Assembly: GCA_051531975.1 (NCBI GenBank) | Contig: JAOPTT010000006.1 | Span: 352,656 to 416,655, forward strand | DNA length: 64,000 nt | Direction: 5' to 3' | Origin: Spirochaetaceae bacterium | GTDB taxonomy: Bacteria > Spirochaetota > Spirochaetia > DSM-2461 | Shown: positions 55,601 to 63,178 of the stretch, piece after piece | Numbering within the stretch: position 1 is the stretch's first letter | Layout: the number at the start of each line of letters is the position of its first letter | Notes under the pieces: model-generated | Seen by the model: the letters and a program-made list of their open reading frames with translations, nothing else | Told to the model about the DNA's origin: nothing | Databases searched by the model: none | Translations under genes and position numbers: made by a program

Positions 55601-58301
55601 TTATTAATTTATTAAATTCATCATCTGTTTTATATTCTAATTTATCCTCATTCAGTTCTAATCTATCTACACCTATAAACGTTATTGAACTATTGGCTTT
55701 AGTATCTTCTAAATTATTATTAAATTTTAAATCAATAAAGTTTATTACTGGTATTGTTGTATCCTTAATAAAATTAAATGATCTGATTGTTTTGTTTTCA
55801 ACTTTATCAAAAGCTGCAATATTTATTGTATTTACCCCATCTACAATATTATGATCTGATAGTTTTATTGGGCCTATTATTTGCCTAAAGTCTTCAATGT
55901 TAAATGAAAACTTAATCTTTGATAAATGTAAATCGGTAGCTATTAAACTACTATCTTTTAATGTGATATATTCTGTAATAAATATTTCATCTCCTAAAAT
56001 TGGGTTTTCAGTTATAATTTTTGGGGCTATTGAATCTATATTAACTATCTGATTTTTTGTTATTTTATTTCCAACAGAATCTGTGGCTGTTATCTGAACT
56101 TCATTTATTCCATTATTAAAAATATCTAAAACATATTCATTATTTATATTTTTAACATATGTGACTTCTTTATTATTAATAAGACAAATAACATCATTTA
56201 CTAATATATTGTCAGAGACATTAAACTTATAATAATAATGACTATATAATTTTATTGGCGTTGTAATTTCGTCTATTGTTGGTCTTACATTATCAATTTT
56301 TATCTCTTTTGTAACATTTAAAATATTACCAGAAGTATCTTTAATATTTAATTCAACTTCAAAAATACCACTTTCTGAAAACTTTATTAAAAATTTATTA
56401 TTATCTATTTGAGTCGGTTTTTTTAAAATTTTATTTATATAAATATCATGGTTATCAATTTTTATATTGTCAGAAATAGTGTATATATAGTCAAAAGTTT
56501 TATGGTAAGAATCGGTAATATTATCTATAAGAGCGGGAGGTGTATTATCAATAAATATTTGTTCATTTATAGTACTTCTATTTCCAGAATAATCTTTTGA
56601 AAAGATTTCTATAAAATTTATTCCTTCGTAATTTATTAAAACTGAATAGCTATTTAACCCATTATAAATTGGTATAACTTCAATTCCATTTTGTAAAACT
56701 TTGACAATACTAATCTTATTATTATCAGTAATAGTAAACTCATAATTAAACTGTTTATAATAACCTAATGGTTTGGTTTTAACTTCAATATTTGGTGGAG
56801 TATTATCTAATCTAATTGTTTGGTTGAAACTATTTTTATTCCCAGCCATATCTTCAATATTAACTAAAATTTCATTATCGCCATCGACATATACATTATT
56901 TAATTTATTATTTAACAGTACAGAATAAATATCGCCTATAATACTAGGAATAACCGGCATATTGTTTACGTATATTATGTTTTTTAATATTTGATTATTA
57001 TCAGATATTTTATATTTAAACTCATAAAACACCTGACTTTCATCTGAATTATCTAATATTTCAATTAAGGGTTGTACAGTATCTATGTTTTCAACTTTAT
57101 ACATTATAACACCGGAGTTAAGCCCAACACCATTAACAGCTCTAAAATATATATCTTTGTTTTCTGATATATTTATCTTATAACCTTCAAACCAATTTAC
57201 ACTGTCATAACTATATTCTGTTAGGACTATTCCAGATTCCAGGTCTCTTGATTTTGCTGTAATTACTACAGATTTATTTGTCCAATTTTCATTACTGCTA
57301 ATAACCTCAATTGTAGGAACTGAATTATCTATATTTGAGACTGAGTGATTAACGTAGGTAGTTAAACCAGATCCATTCCTAGTTTTAAAATAGACTATTT
57401 TATTTTCCGTAATAACCGGAGATCCAGTTTTCCATTTATCCTTAGAATGATATCTATATAGTGTTTTTACAATACCGGACTCTATATCTGATGTAACTGC
57501 TGTAAGTATTACAGGTTCTGATGTATTCTCTATAATATTTTGTTTTATAGTTAATGATGGAGATGTATTATCGATAGTAAATTCTTTGTTATATACTGTT
57601 CTGTTTGAAACTTGGTCTAAGGCATGAACTGTTATTTTATAATCACCGTTACGTTCATTAGTAGTTAAACTATTAATATATTGTGCGAGTTTAAGTTTAT
57701 AATTATCGTCTTCTGTTATGGATACTTTTGTACAATTATTATAACCAACTATTAAATTAGCTGCACTAATATTATTTAAGTATTTAACTTGTCCTTTAAG
57801 ATTTGTAAACTCAACTTTATAAAACAGTTCTTTAAGACTTGTACCAAGATCAGGACAGCTACTTGTATAATTTGCAGTATCATTTATTGAAACCTCTAAA
57901 TTAGGTGTTGAGTTAAAATATTTTGATGAACCAATATTATCAGTTATTGCTGGTTTAATATTATCTTTATAAACCTTAAGTGTTCCAGATTTTTCAATGT
58001 TAAAATATTCATGCTTTATTTTATAGTTAAGATCTGTTGTAGTACTACAGTAAAAGTAATGTTTAAAACTACCCGTAGAGTAAGGAAATGGAACACCCTT
58101 TTTTCTAGACCTACTATATCCATCAACATATACTCTGTAGTGTCCACCAGTAACACTAAACTTCACTAATATCTTAACATTATCTTTAAAATATAAATCA
58201 TCACCAATAGCTTCAATACTATGACTGTTTATTTTATCAGAAAATGTATATTGAATACTAATAGACATAATGATTAAAAGAATAACAATCTTCTTATTCA
58301 T
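43665..58301 (-). CDS. Giant exported multidomain protein (about 4,878 aa): Ig-like repeats, central beta-repeat region, Fn3/IPT-like, putative Ig, PQQ-like propeller and C-terminal Ig-like modules
   Basis: Uninterrupted 14.6-kb ORF; signal peptide from ATG 58301; many D(N/T)xxP Ig boundaries with D.AGN strands; LPEGLQLDSLTG..GIP motif. Confidence 0.88.
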   Translation of the reverse strand: MNKKIVILLIIMSISIQYTFSDKINSHSIEAIGDDLYFKDNVKILVKFSVTGGHYRVYVDGYSRSRKKGVPFPYSTGSFKHYFYCSTTTDLNYKIKHEYFNIEKSGTLKVYKDNIKPAITDNIGSSKYFNSTPNLEVSINDTANYTSSCPDLGTSLKELFYKVEFTNLKGQVKYLNNISAANLIVGYNNCTKVSITEDDNYKLKLAQYINSLTTNERNGDYKITVHALDQVSNRTVYNKEFTIDNTSPSLTIKQNIIENTSEPVILTAVTSDIESGIVKTLYRYHSKDKWKTGSPVITENKIVYFKTRNGSGLTTYVNHSVSNIDNSVPTIEVISSNENWTNKSVVITAKSRDLESGIVLTEYSYDSVNWFEGYKINISENKDIYFRAVNGVGLNSGVIMYKVENIDTVQPLIEILDNSDESQVFYEFKYKISDNNQILKNIIYVNNMPVIPSIIGDIYSVLLNNKLNNVYVDGDNEILVNIEDMAGNKNSFNQTIRLDNTPPNIEVKTKPLGYYKQFNYEFTITDNNKISIVKVLQNGIEVIPIYNGLNSYSVLINYEGINFIEIFSKDYSGNRSTINEQIFIDNTPPALIDNITDSYHKTFDYIYTISDNIKIDNHDIYINKILKKPTQIDNNKFLIKFSESGIFEVELNIKDTSGNILNVTKEIKIDNVRPTIDEITTPIKLYSHYYYKFNVSDNILVNDVICLINNKEVTYVKNINNEYVLDIFNNGINEVQITATDSVGNKITKNQIVNIDSIAPKIITENPILGDEIFITEYITLKDSSLIATDLHLSKIKFSFNIEDFRQIIGPIKLSDHNIVDGVNTINIAAFDKVENKTIRSFNFIKDTTIPVINFIDLKFNNNLEDTKANSSITFIGVDRLELNEDKLEYKTDDEFNKLIISEPIFLSADIPDGKFNVTVRLTDKVGFSTDFVKQFIIDRISPDIQTVEISLFENNNGETSLLEDSITASNNLQLVLTNSSKDIDIPRYEYFLTKLLPSNMNYNKDNYTKYNNNSVLDFKDGGGLYYLYVYLFDDAGNRSENYTYKTIRINNKTILPPKVTGYLKANYITDVTTLNNITFKISPDNSNNSLAFVNKYRYQLYKGILAPEQLIIDSEITNFDGGITLLNLNSLKDNLTDEYYFLKVRALTNSKQQSEFSLDHKFRIDTTPPQNLLIQSQTHPDSDQEYSHGEIELNWQKPTDMTGVKKYEYYISNDNNTFIEGNVLITRVGNSCFIRLALTKDEIIGDKYVKVIATDYGDKQTEDLFKLKYNRSLPIINITDIEKDLDTLSSIITWDVIGNIESQKIIINQEDKFYSILLDKKIRSYNIDGLVLNKKYKVSISTFTDTIPVLQNISSQSFTFNNDINDNELDYVDFIYNIDGFKVYGEQHFNSNEKSAASIVVPGYINKINNLELTNLKFNQTFDYGENFDAYSDIDINGFNIKSSMEEDFYSGLYIDSLLGVNLINRFIKFTTENDELKLLFENIHLSSSINPIINSSIYEVSTPVTINSKVNINKSWILNNVSIFKLFNSRLLITAAITDFINYENLNITSFIDNISTINISNSLLTHDGSFISSKIDDELLLKWGPEEVKLKVLDSELVADNLHIKDAELLFEDEKTAVDENGNSINVYLKNLIISRNGVVINNPDDITPFYIKHNNEISFYINKLTFDDNHIQASGEIISNENRSYFNNLQINGNGISPNAQGNIDNDITYQSKSGFFLYAKKHNIKITNKGFLLENCDIDLSSFQQGLTSKIYNTVISFTLENIIQDGYSFDELTINYSDNEIYKIKEIVLTDNNLVAKKLSVNLSKFFNNIEIDIFNSNMRIDEQLDVGFIQFGYVDENISKLKLRSGFDLQFSEIYYNNGILVIPESKILLPEGSPNNALNIMDLESDQINTTYTILENSINYSHNNWNFNIYKPKITDLGISGDTEIEIILLGDKQQIKLHEFNMKYNGDIILSNFTSMESEITVYGFNAITKGINIINDELIFDNISIFNRSQNFDIQFNDINFNNKGELLSELYSNSKVVFTSNNGFKVQSDTIYFDNEKMFSTGSIYLPENLNPDKVVNFSNSPFEITSSWIVLSKTITVPITIYNNGISISIIDYFFTDEGIYIQSGIVEIDAENSIKIENVLLNKLGEEIYSGNIKQSKNISIAGWNMDIDSISFESDGITLSGNVILPEDFSDTTIYLDDIKLTKDNDKISFTSNTTINNLSLTIFDMAFDFKTIKLTSESIKISNSTIKLPDGDIFGGEIISFNNIEIFSSGAFNIVYSNSEPLNIFGLDLYINNLIINENNLEIEGSVQFPSDFFVEELRDFYVDINKFNYNMNTKEIIFELQLEDIEVEIADGWVTTISDINIDNDGINIGQGLIYFPTDWLDNISVESTGFKNLSLDFSSKEFSIEEIFFNNIEVDIENYNFTITTGSYSETEGFTFGGIFPLTGLFNGEDSPPVITVHKLQINNDYRIKELDATFEGENLSLTANKELLFSGNIRTSITEDDIDFDLSGVLVLGNTFLIEDMQADTLVISEFKYNLTNNKIKSLNAMYESSEKRVLDSTISDFVFSINYVEDTPINFTLGGNIILPETFPGIGGEIFSVNGQFDSLGNILVFDSELTITEDKQLVDNLILKSGSNISITPNIESINSNNILESISFSLNSAVIEFDENFSIEKLQGSKIITNELTINSFGGFESCDLTYSLTEQFEIFPGYKLKNGTISLLAPDNNDIKTTISGSIILPESFGDTELLINNFTIHSDGTIDVDISRSDIDTIIFEKLHLTNGELSVLTDIDNDLLFNISGDLQLVDTNLPSELTNSKLSGDIVYSANNGFTSMNIGLTSGELFKYEVVDGLTLELEDLSVDSRGIAAQGTLTIEDGFVGVLGNTKTRGYIFIDWDGEIIESEITLEELEIEYADMKCVINNISFDKDGLSFTKGIITLPSSLGNQKIDITDGGIDNTGKFYGDVNVEKLDIDLLGCKISLYSPEIDSDNNQISCSKSELVLPVALGSASIVLNDVKIDSNGLSISGGEFELPDINTGALTFKDMSALLAISGDDYEISASGKVFVASIGEVEAKISLVNISNPDYPIGLKYAYFGFEADIGGLPLGTTGLLLTGLRGGLAFGPPGDDLEEYIRDKFTSGMRIELGVTITNVEKTVTGKSDFWLNTTNLDFALKGELEYLDGLFTAYSTAIYTKSYGLELIAGLEIDFFNKIYLEGTIRAHLFDEDDKTRFCGEAYVDVSVQDILFGFPEDPMSLGRLGIEVGDFNDDRQGFKGYIELNILGSVGFFIGSDGYFDVGDVEEYTLLDSSEPNSNRLVYRTFNRIQKRSNRVNKRIIFCLEYTEGDPHISVVSPTGEVFREGDDNIIIERLSNKILLAVKDPAPGNWRLEVDNLKKESLYSIKAVGINKNPELDILTVLDKHQELNTNYTVSGKVKIYTESKPIITVYASSKIGSFTGLKIGDVILNESGEFDIKTNLTILSNNEYYLYVGLNDGINPEFYKHISGSIILNNNFNELEAIDDLVINRDEQYVNISFSDNYPNRSKGFYLTINNLTTDIIESIDLGYLTSLSLSTLNPGDIYEFSIIPYNVENEFGPVSNVVLLEIESKVYNPDNNFLIKYQEHELTIGDNSTLYIDVIPETTNLTDDYTEVIISGSPSFLDLNIKHKRLSLKEEGSYQIDLLFNQSKTDVLPGIYYISGIIKNVNNVDVFRSFKLEIIVKEPSPIVTNFSPKTWHIDDNTTIFVKGSGFTKSTKAYIDDTLCIVNYTNSKTLKIYAPKLSKQNSGELKILNSDALYTIKDVELIKPSIKLEHLKYKTKVNPKNFSWFYSRINRINRFNDEINISIENSPINWIVTNSIDGDIISTKIYIPENTIPDVYSIKLKVNEIDVEYFVEVVKNIVKPHISTIYDNIIYGFGFNPQSRVYMDNKECDVLNYKNDTLTFSAGTNEVDGIVKVQTLENVSNSIKYTYITENFNLYAFQNNFYLLPNETIKGKLYISGYSNSVDINIINDNIGISVTVLNKRVKLNGSTLLSISVGPDIKPGNYKVILSGNDGFLIKEKTLNITVGKQLKLESNKLKNGKLKNLYNDKIIVNSENEIILFELFNNSYLPEGLQLDSLTGNVFGIPKEIGTFNFSIRVNDIFNKFLISTLTIIIDDDGWYQREGPINNNRYSNTISPAEYNLKWVSESNNNSELLLSSGDFVYSISDDILYCINKYNGIVKLRSVGHFSNPILSSNYIFSLSDGIFRIYNIKNGELLTEIPKIKRYSSIRNFILLESENNYIKFSLDTFEYVITSDSLVNINKSSSFETEYNDIKSTLNFDGKYIEYRDNNIIKEFDSGITNGKIVINDKFLVIYNSSQLLLVNRLDETQLYTNMEISELILTSDKLFTIDSYGLNSWNLYTLNKIWNSSGNFISIISNDKNIYALNNSGEVECYSGRNNIYKPNTTYDIYPELPDGLNDYYKSIPEVTFTSKDIESKSSVSINKKSIWEEITKPIILLNGSHNILYRSKDTMGLIEDVRLLNVKVDFELPVIEYNINIQDNRTLLNLSGTDKISGINKMEYSINGSEYITYKSEILFSTLGSYLVSFRSIDNAGNIGVVKNCIINIGDYDMDLTETIVVKFNEVDNTLSLESSNIDLIKIEYSFTNNIINTYKNVIELQKGLHTIQYRGISTSGDFGVWKTYTLNVIGIKQFISNINTDSKNISFSKVKSPQLPNYLQGAIEILGFNKDTISMRAESDINMFIIVDSKIEVDFTWEVIESYNSYKILKKKYIEDDYIEFQKGISRILIAENIDNIITIDVPSYFEDLNSFDRIETNAVISASSWENANWFILDSKNKILQTKEGLNTHFKIPQKVGRYELCFKVEINNKTHKIYSPIIVKYD

Positions 58302-59451
58302 AGGAAGTTCTCCCATGAACTAATTGATAAATATTGTTCCTTTTGATTAATGTATAATCTTTGTAAAATACCGGAATGATTTCACTTTCAAATAGATAAA
58401 ATTCTTTACCTGTAAAAAATACATCTGTTCCTTCAAAATTATGAAGATAAAAGTTTCCTATAAGTTTAAAATTGATATCTAATTCAGAAAACAGATGGCT
58501 TGTTATAATTTTAGTTTTATCTAGATTTGAATATAACTCTACTTCAACACTGTTATTACTTTTCTTTAAACTATAGAAATTATTTATAACCTTAATTTCA
58601 ACAGGTAAAACATCTCTGATAATATAATCTGTTACTGAATAAGAAAACTCATCATAGTTGATATTTATAATTTTGTTATCTATAAAAAAAGCCTCTTTTT
58701 CACCTTCAATAATCTGCAAAAAATCATTTACAGAAAACTCTTTAACTTCAGTTATTTTTATATATTTAATCTGATTCTTAATAATTTTTACTAGATAAGC
58801 TTCATTATTTATATTGTTTTCAACAATCATAATACCGATGTGTTCAACATATGTTGGATGAATCCTAGATATAAAAAAATCTTTTATATAATGACCTTCA
58901 ATTGGAAATTTATTTATTGTAGAGAACTTTTGATTAATAAAATTATTATCAAAATAGACAGAGTATATAGAATTTGAATTATTAAAAATAACTTGAGCAT
59001 TTTCACCAATATCTGAAATAACTAATAAGTTATCAATTGGACCAGAACTATCAATAGGTATAACTAAATCATCTCTAATAATTAGATTATCATTTTTTAT
59101 ACTAATTACATTAATTGAATATTCATCTTCTTTTATACCTATAAAAAAGACCATATCCCTATTCCTAGAAAAATGTATAACTTCAACTTCAGTTATAGAA
59201 TCAAACTGATGATAGTTAAAATCAAGGTAATAGTCTAAAAACTGTTCAGAATTTTTTAGTTTTTGTTTAATAATTAGATTGTTATCTTCAATACCAAAAA
59301 AATAGTCAGACCCACTTTCAGATGAAATCATAACACTATCTGTAATGTTATTAATATCTAATAAATTGTATCTATTTTCAAAATTATTATCTAAAGAAAA
59401 CAGACTAATCAAACAAACTTTAAATAAAATTAGTACAACTATTCTTCTCAT
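58294..59451 (-). CDS. Exported hypothetical protein, first gene of the giant-protein operon
   Basis: Signal-peptide-like N-terminus, AGGTAGG upstream, stop overlaps the giant-gene start. Confidence 0.75.
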   Translation of the reverse strand: MRRIVVLILFKVCLISLFSLDNNFENRYNLLDINNITDSVMISSESGSDYFFGIEDNNLIIKQKLKNSEQFLDYYLDFNYHQFDSITEVEVIHFSRNRDMVFFIGIKEDEYSINVISIKNDNLIIRDDLVIPIDSSGPIDNLLVISDIGENAQVIFNNSNSIYSVYFDNNFINQKFSTINKFPIEGHYIKDFFISRIHPTYVEHIGIMIVENNINNEAYLVKIIKNQIKYIKITEVKEFSVNDFLQIIEGEKEAFFIDNKIININYDEFSYSVTDYIIRDVLPVEIKVINNFYSLKKSNNSVEVELYSNLDKTKIITSHLFSELDINFKLIGNFYLHNFEGTDVFFTGKEFYLFESEIIPVFYKDYTLIKRNNIYQLVHGRTSYE

Positions 59452-59612
59452 CTTGGCCTACCTATAAATCTCTATAACTTACACATAGGCTGTTAATATC
59501 TATTAATTCAAATCCAGATTAGACTGACAAATATAATTCTAGATTAATGAGATGTTTAATTTTTATTCTTGAAAAAAAGTTTTAATCTACTAAACTGTAA
59601 TTAGGGGAAAAT

Positions 59613-60140
59613 ATGAAAGAAGTTAAATTTGTACACTCGATGATACCTGCCATTCAAAATATATCATCATTTAAGTTTTTATCAGAAACCGAAATGATAG
59701 ATATGATTAGTAAAAGTTCTATTCTAATGTATGGTGAACATGAAAAGATTATTAACCAGGATGATGTAGACCAAAACCTTTTTGCAGTTATTAAAGGGTG
59801 TGTAAAAGTTACTGTAGAAGAGAATGATAAGGAAGCATATATATGTACCCTAGGTAAAGCAGAGATATTTGGGGAAGCTGGAATGTTTATGAATGTTAAA
59901 AGATCCGCCAATGTTATCGCTGCTGAAGATTCAATAATATTAAAAATTGATAGACATAGTATGTTAACGTTCATCAAGAATAACCCAAGTGCTGGGAATA
60001 AAATATTTATGGTCATGATCCATGGACTTCTAAGTAAATTAAAAGAAGCAAATAGAGAATTAGCCTACGAAAGAAAAGAAGATATTGACCAGAATGATGT
60101 AGACGATTTAGTTGCAAATTTATTAAATAACAAGGAATAA
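59613..60140 (+). CDS. Cyclic-nucleotide-binding domain protein (no evident HTH)
   Basis: G.VKV, FGEAG, RSANV motifs. Confidence 0.88.
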   Translation: MKEVKFVHSMIPAIQNISSFKFLSETEMIDMISKSSILMYGEHEKIINQDDVDQNLFAVIKGCVKVTVEENDKEAYICTLGKAEIFGEAGMFMNVKRSANVIAAEDSIILKIDRHSMLTFIKNNPSAGNKIFMVMIHGLLSKLKEANRELAYERKEDIDQNDVDDLVANLLNNKE

Positions 60141-60319
60141 TATAACTAAAAAGATACTTCCTCCTCTATAATTAAAAAGCCCAAACCGTAAAACTTCTAA
60201 AGACACTTTCATTTACCATAACCTGTAAACTTCCAAAACTATTACACTCATAATCCCTCACCTGCAGCTACCACAACACCCTGCAAGCGAGTCCACATAG
60301 GGTGTTACCCTTGTCCCAA

Positions 60320-60390
60320 GGGTCAGGCTATCCACTTAAACTCCTCACCAAGCAAGCTTGCCTCCGGGGTAACGTTTCTATCCTTAACAC
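60320..60390 (+). ncRNA. Flavo-1-like structured RNA motif
   Basis: GGGTCAGGCTATCC...CTATCCTTAACAC ends resemble my recollection of the Flavo-1 consensus; GC-rich island with two more hairpins directly upstream. Confidence 0.55.
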
Positions 60391-60881
60391 AAAAGGTGGG
60401 ACTTAAAGAATAGTAAGTATTAAGGGATTGATTTAATTCAAACTGGTTTAAAGAGTACTTATGTCAATAAACATAAACAAATGTATTAGGAATATTAGTA
60501 ATTAATGATTGTACAAATTGTAACAGATAACTACTAAAACCTTAAGTAAGGTCTTTTTAGAGTACATATCTTGCGCAAATATAACTAAAGATATGTATAC
60601 GTAAGATGGTTTGTAGAGTTAATATTTTAATTATCTAGATTACATTATCGTTATTAAAATAATAATCTGTTAGTAGAATAAGATATATGAAAAACTAGTG
60701 ATTTGGTATGTTATATTTATAAAGGGTACAGCCTAAGGACATCAGTGTCACCTTATATTATTTTATTTAAATCTACTCAGTTAACTATTATTTTGATTAT
60801 TTTAATTGAGCATCATACTTTATAATATAATAGTATAAATTAAATAGAAAACAATATATTATTGCTTATTTGGAGGTACTA

Positions 60882-62666
60882 ATGCTTGAAGAAGAGGTTA
60901 TGATATCTGAAATTACTGCTAATGTTATTATTTCACAATTAGAAGTTATGAAAACTTGGTTAAGTGGTAATATTAAAGATTTTTGGGTTAAAAATTTGCA
61001 AAGTTTTAATAGATATTTAACTAAAACATATGAAAAAAATAAAATGACGAAAACCCTTTTGTATAAAGATAAAGCTGTTAATATAAGTGACATTTATATT
61101 AATATCGATTTATCTATAAAAAATAAATCAAAAGTAATAAAAGACACAGAAGTTTTAGATAAAATAGAAGCAGGAAAAAAAATCCTAATCACAGCAAGCG
61201 CAGGTTCAGGTAAATCCTTCTTTGCAAAATTTCTTTTCCTGTCATGTATCGCACGTAAAAATATAATTCCAATCATGATTGAGCTTAGAAATGTAGTAGA
61301 TTTGTGTGAATCAATAATTAGTATTATTACAACTGAACTACAGGATGGTGGAATAAAAATAAGTCTATCTCAAACAGAAGAACTAGTTAACACTTGTAAA
61401 TTCTTAATAATACTTGATGGTTATGATGAGGTTCCTGCAAAACAACTAGAAACATTAAATTCAAATATTATGCAGTTTACTTCTAGAAATACTTCTTGTC
61501 CTTTAATAATTACTAGTCGACCTGATGAACGATTAGAATATTTTAGTCTATTTGAAATATATAAAATAAAACCTCTAAATTTAGATCAAGCGGTAAAGTT
61601 AATAAACAAAATTGATTATCATGAAGACGTTAAACAAAAATTCTTATTAAAGTTAAAATCGGGTAAATTTAACAAACAAAGTGATTTTATTAGTAATCCA
61701 TTATTATTATCAATTTTACTAATGACATTTGAAGAGTTTGCTGATGTACCAGACAAAATGCATATTTTTTATGAAGATGCATTTGATACTTTATATTATA
61801 GGCATGATGTATCAAAAGGAATGTTTCGTAGAGAAGTAAGATCAAAACTAGCTATAGATGATTTTAAAAGTATTCTTTCTTGTATATCATCATCTGGATA
61901 TGTACGTGGAAAACTAAATTATTCAAATACAGAACTAATAGAATATATACGAAAAGCTAAAAAAATAACTGGGATTAACAATTTAAGTCCCGAAAAATAT
62001 AAATTTGACTTATTAACAACAGTTTCACTATTTATACAAGATGGATTGAGATATACGTATAGCCATAGAACCTTTCAAGAATACTTTGCTGCATTATTTA
62101 TAATTAACTTTTCATTTGAGAATAAAATAAAATTGTACTATAAATATATTGAAAGAGGTTCATGGGATAGTGCCTTATTATTAGCTTTTGAAATGAATAG
62201 AGACACTGTAGAAACAGAATTTATATTACCAGAACTTGAAAAAGTATTAAATAAATATGAAAGTGACCCTCTTGGATTATTGGAACATTGGTTTATTAAT
62301 ATATCTTTTAAATGGATTAAATTAGAAAATGGAAAATATAAGCAAAGTTATCGTATTGTGCCACGTAAAACAAATTATGGATTCACATTATTTATTGAAG
62401 AAGCATATCCAAAAGATAAAATTAAGGGTGCACTTTCATACCATAGATTACTTACAAAAAAAAGATTTAAAGTTATTTTCCCAAACTATAAAGACAACAG
62501 ATTTATATCATTTAGAAATCTCAAAGAAATTGATAAAAAAATATTAAAAGATACTGGAATATTAGAATCTACAATTTATAGAATAGAACATATGAAATTA
62601 GTATTGAAACATATAAAACAAAGACATAAACATCGATCTATTAGTAATATTGAGAATTGGTTGTAA
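60882..62666 (+). CDS. NACHT-domain NTPase, candidate antiphage protein
   Basis: Walker A ASAGSGKS, Walker B LILDGYDE-type (IILDGYDE), ITSRP, NPLLL, HRTFQEYFAA; GGAGG before ATG 60882. Confidence 0.88.
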   Translation: MLEEEVMISEITANVIISQLEVMKTWLSGNIKDFWVKNLQSFNRYLTKTYEKNKMTKTLLYKDKAVNISDIYINIDLSIKNKSKVIKDTEVLDKIEAGKKILITASAGSGKSFFAKFLFLSCIARKNIIPIMIELRNVVDLCESIISIITTELQDGGIKISLSQTEELVNTCKFLIILDGYDEVPAKQLETLNSNIMQFTSRNTSCPLIITSRPDERLEYFSLFEIYKIKPLNLDQAVKLINKIDYHEDVKQKFLLKLKSGKFNKQSDFISNPLLLSILLMTFEEFADVPDKMHIFYEDAFDTLYYRHDVSKGMFRREVRSKLAIDDFKSILSCISSSGYVRGKLNYSNTELIEYIRKAKKITGINNLSPEKYKFDLLTTVSLFIQDGLRYTYSHRTFQEYFAALFIINFSFENKIKLYYKYIERGSWDSALLLAFEMNRDTVETEFILPELEKVLNKYESDPLGLLEHWFINISFKWIKLENGKYKQSYRIVPRKTNYGFTLFIEEAYPKDKIKGALSYHRLLTKKRFKVIFPNYKDNRFISFRNLKEIDKKILKDTGILESTIYRIEHMKLVLKHIKQRHKHRSISNIENWL

Positions 62667-62715
62667 ATTAATAAGTTAGAATCAAGTAAGATCTAATGTG
62701 ATAATTAAAATATAA

Positions 62716-62759
62716 ATCGGGTAGCCAGAGGTTTCTCTCCTCAAGCCCCCACACCACCA
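62716..62759 (-). mobile_element. Group II intron 3'-end remnant (domain VI region)
   Basis: Minus strand reads TGGTGGTGTGGGGGCTTGAGGAGAGAAACCTCTGGCTACCCGAT, the shape of a bacterial group II intron terminus; domain V and RT absent. Confidence 0.6.
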
Positions 62760-62786
62760 TTCTATTACCCACAAATCTGACAACTA

Positions 62787-63100
62787 TTATTCTTTTGACT
62801 CTTGTTTCAAAATGGCAATGTTTACTATTTGTAAATCATTGATTATATTCTGAATCTTGGCATAATTAGCCACCATCTTCCTAACTTCTATTAGTTGTTT
62901 ACGAGGTATATAGACTGTATGAGTTTTTGATTAATATCTTTGTAGGTCAACCGATATGCTTTACTTTTAGATTTTACAGAGCAAATGCATCCAGCTCTGT
63001 TACATGTAGAGCAGACACTTGTAATTGAACCTCTAAGAAAATCCGAACATCCTTCAATTTTACCCAACAGTGATTTTCGTTTTTTTGACAGTTTAATCAT
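62787..63100 (-). pseudogene. Frameshifted DUF6788-like small Cys protein (mobile-element associated)
   Basis: LRGSI...CSTCNRAGCIC; adding one A in the run at 62924-62928 restores KTHTVYIPRKQLIEVRKMVANY...KE*. Confidence 0.6.
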
Positions 63101-63178
63101 TACTAATCCTTACTTTATAGGCAGACGTTTTATATACTTATATTTAGTAAGATTCAACTACTATTCAGGAGGGGATAA

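Noticed and set aside
45295..55854. Several plus-strand ORFs inside the giant gene
   Set aside because: Ser/Ile/Leu-rich antisense shadows of the real minus-strand ORF with no motifs
43665..58301. RHS/RTX toxin or autotransporter interpretation of the giant protein
   Set aside because: No YD repeats, RHS core signature, GGxGxD nonapeptides or terminal beta-barrel recognised
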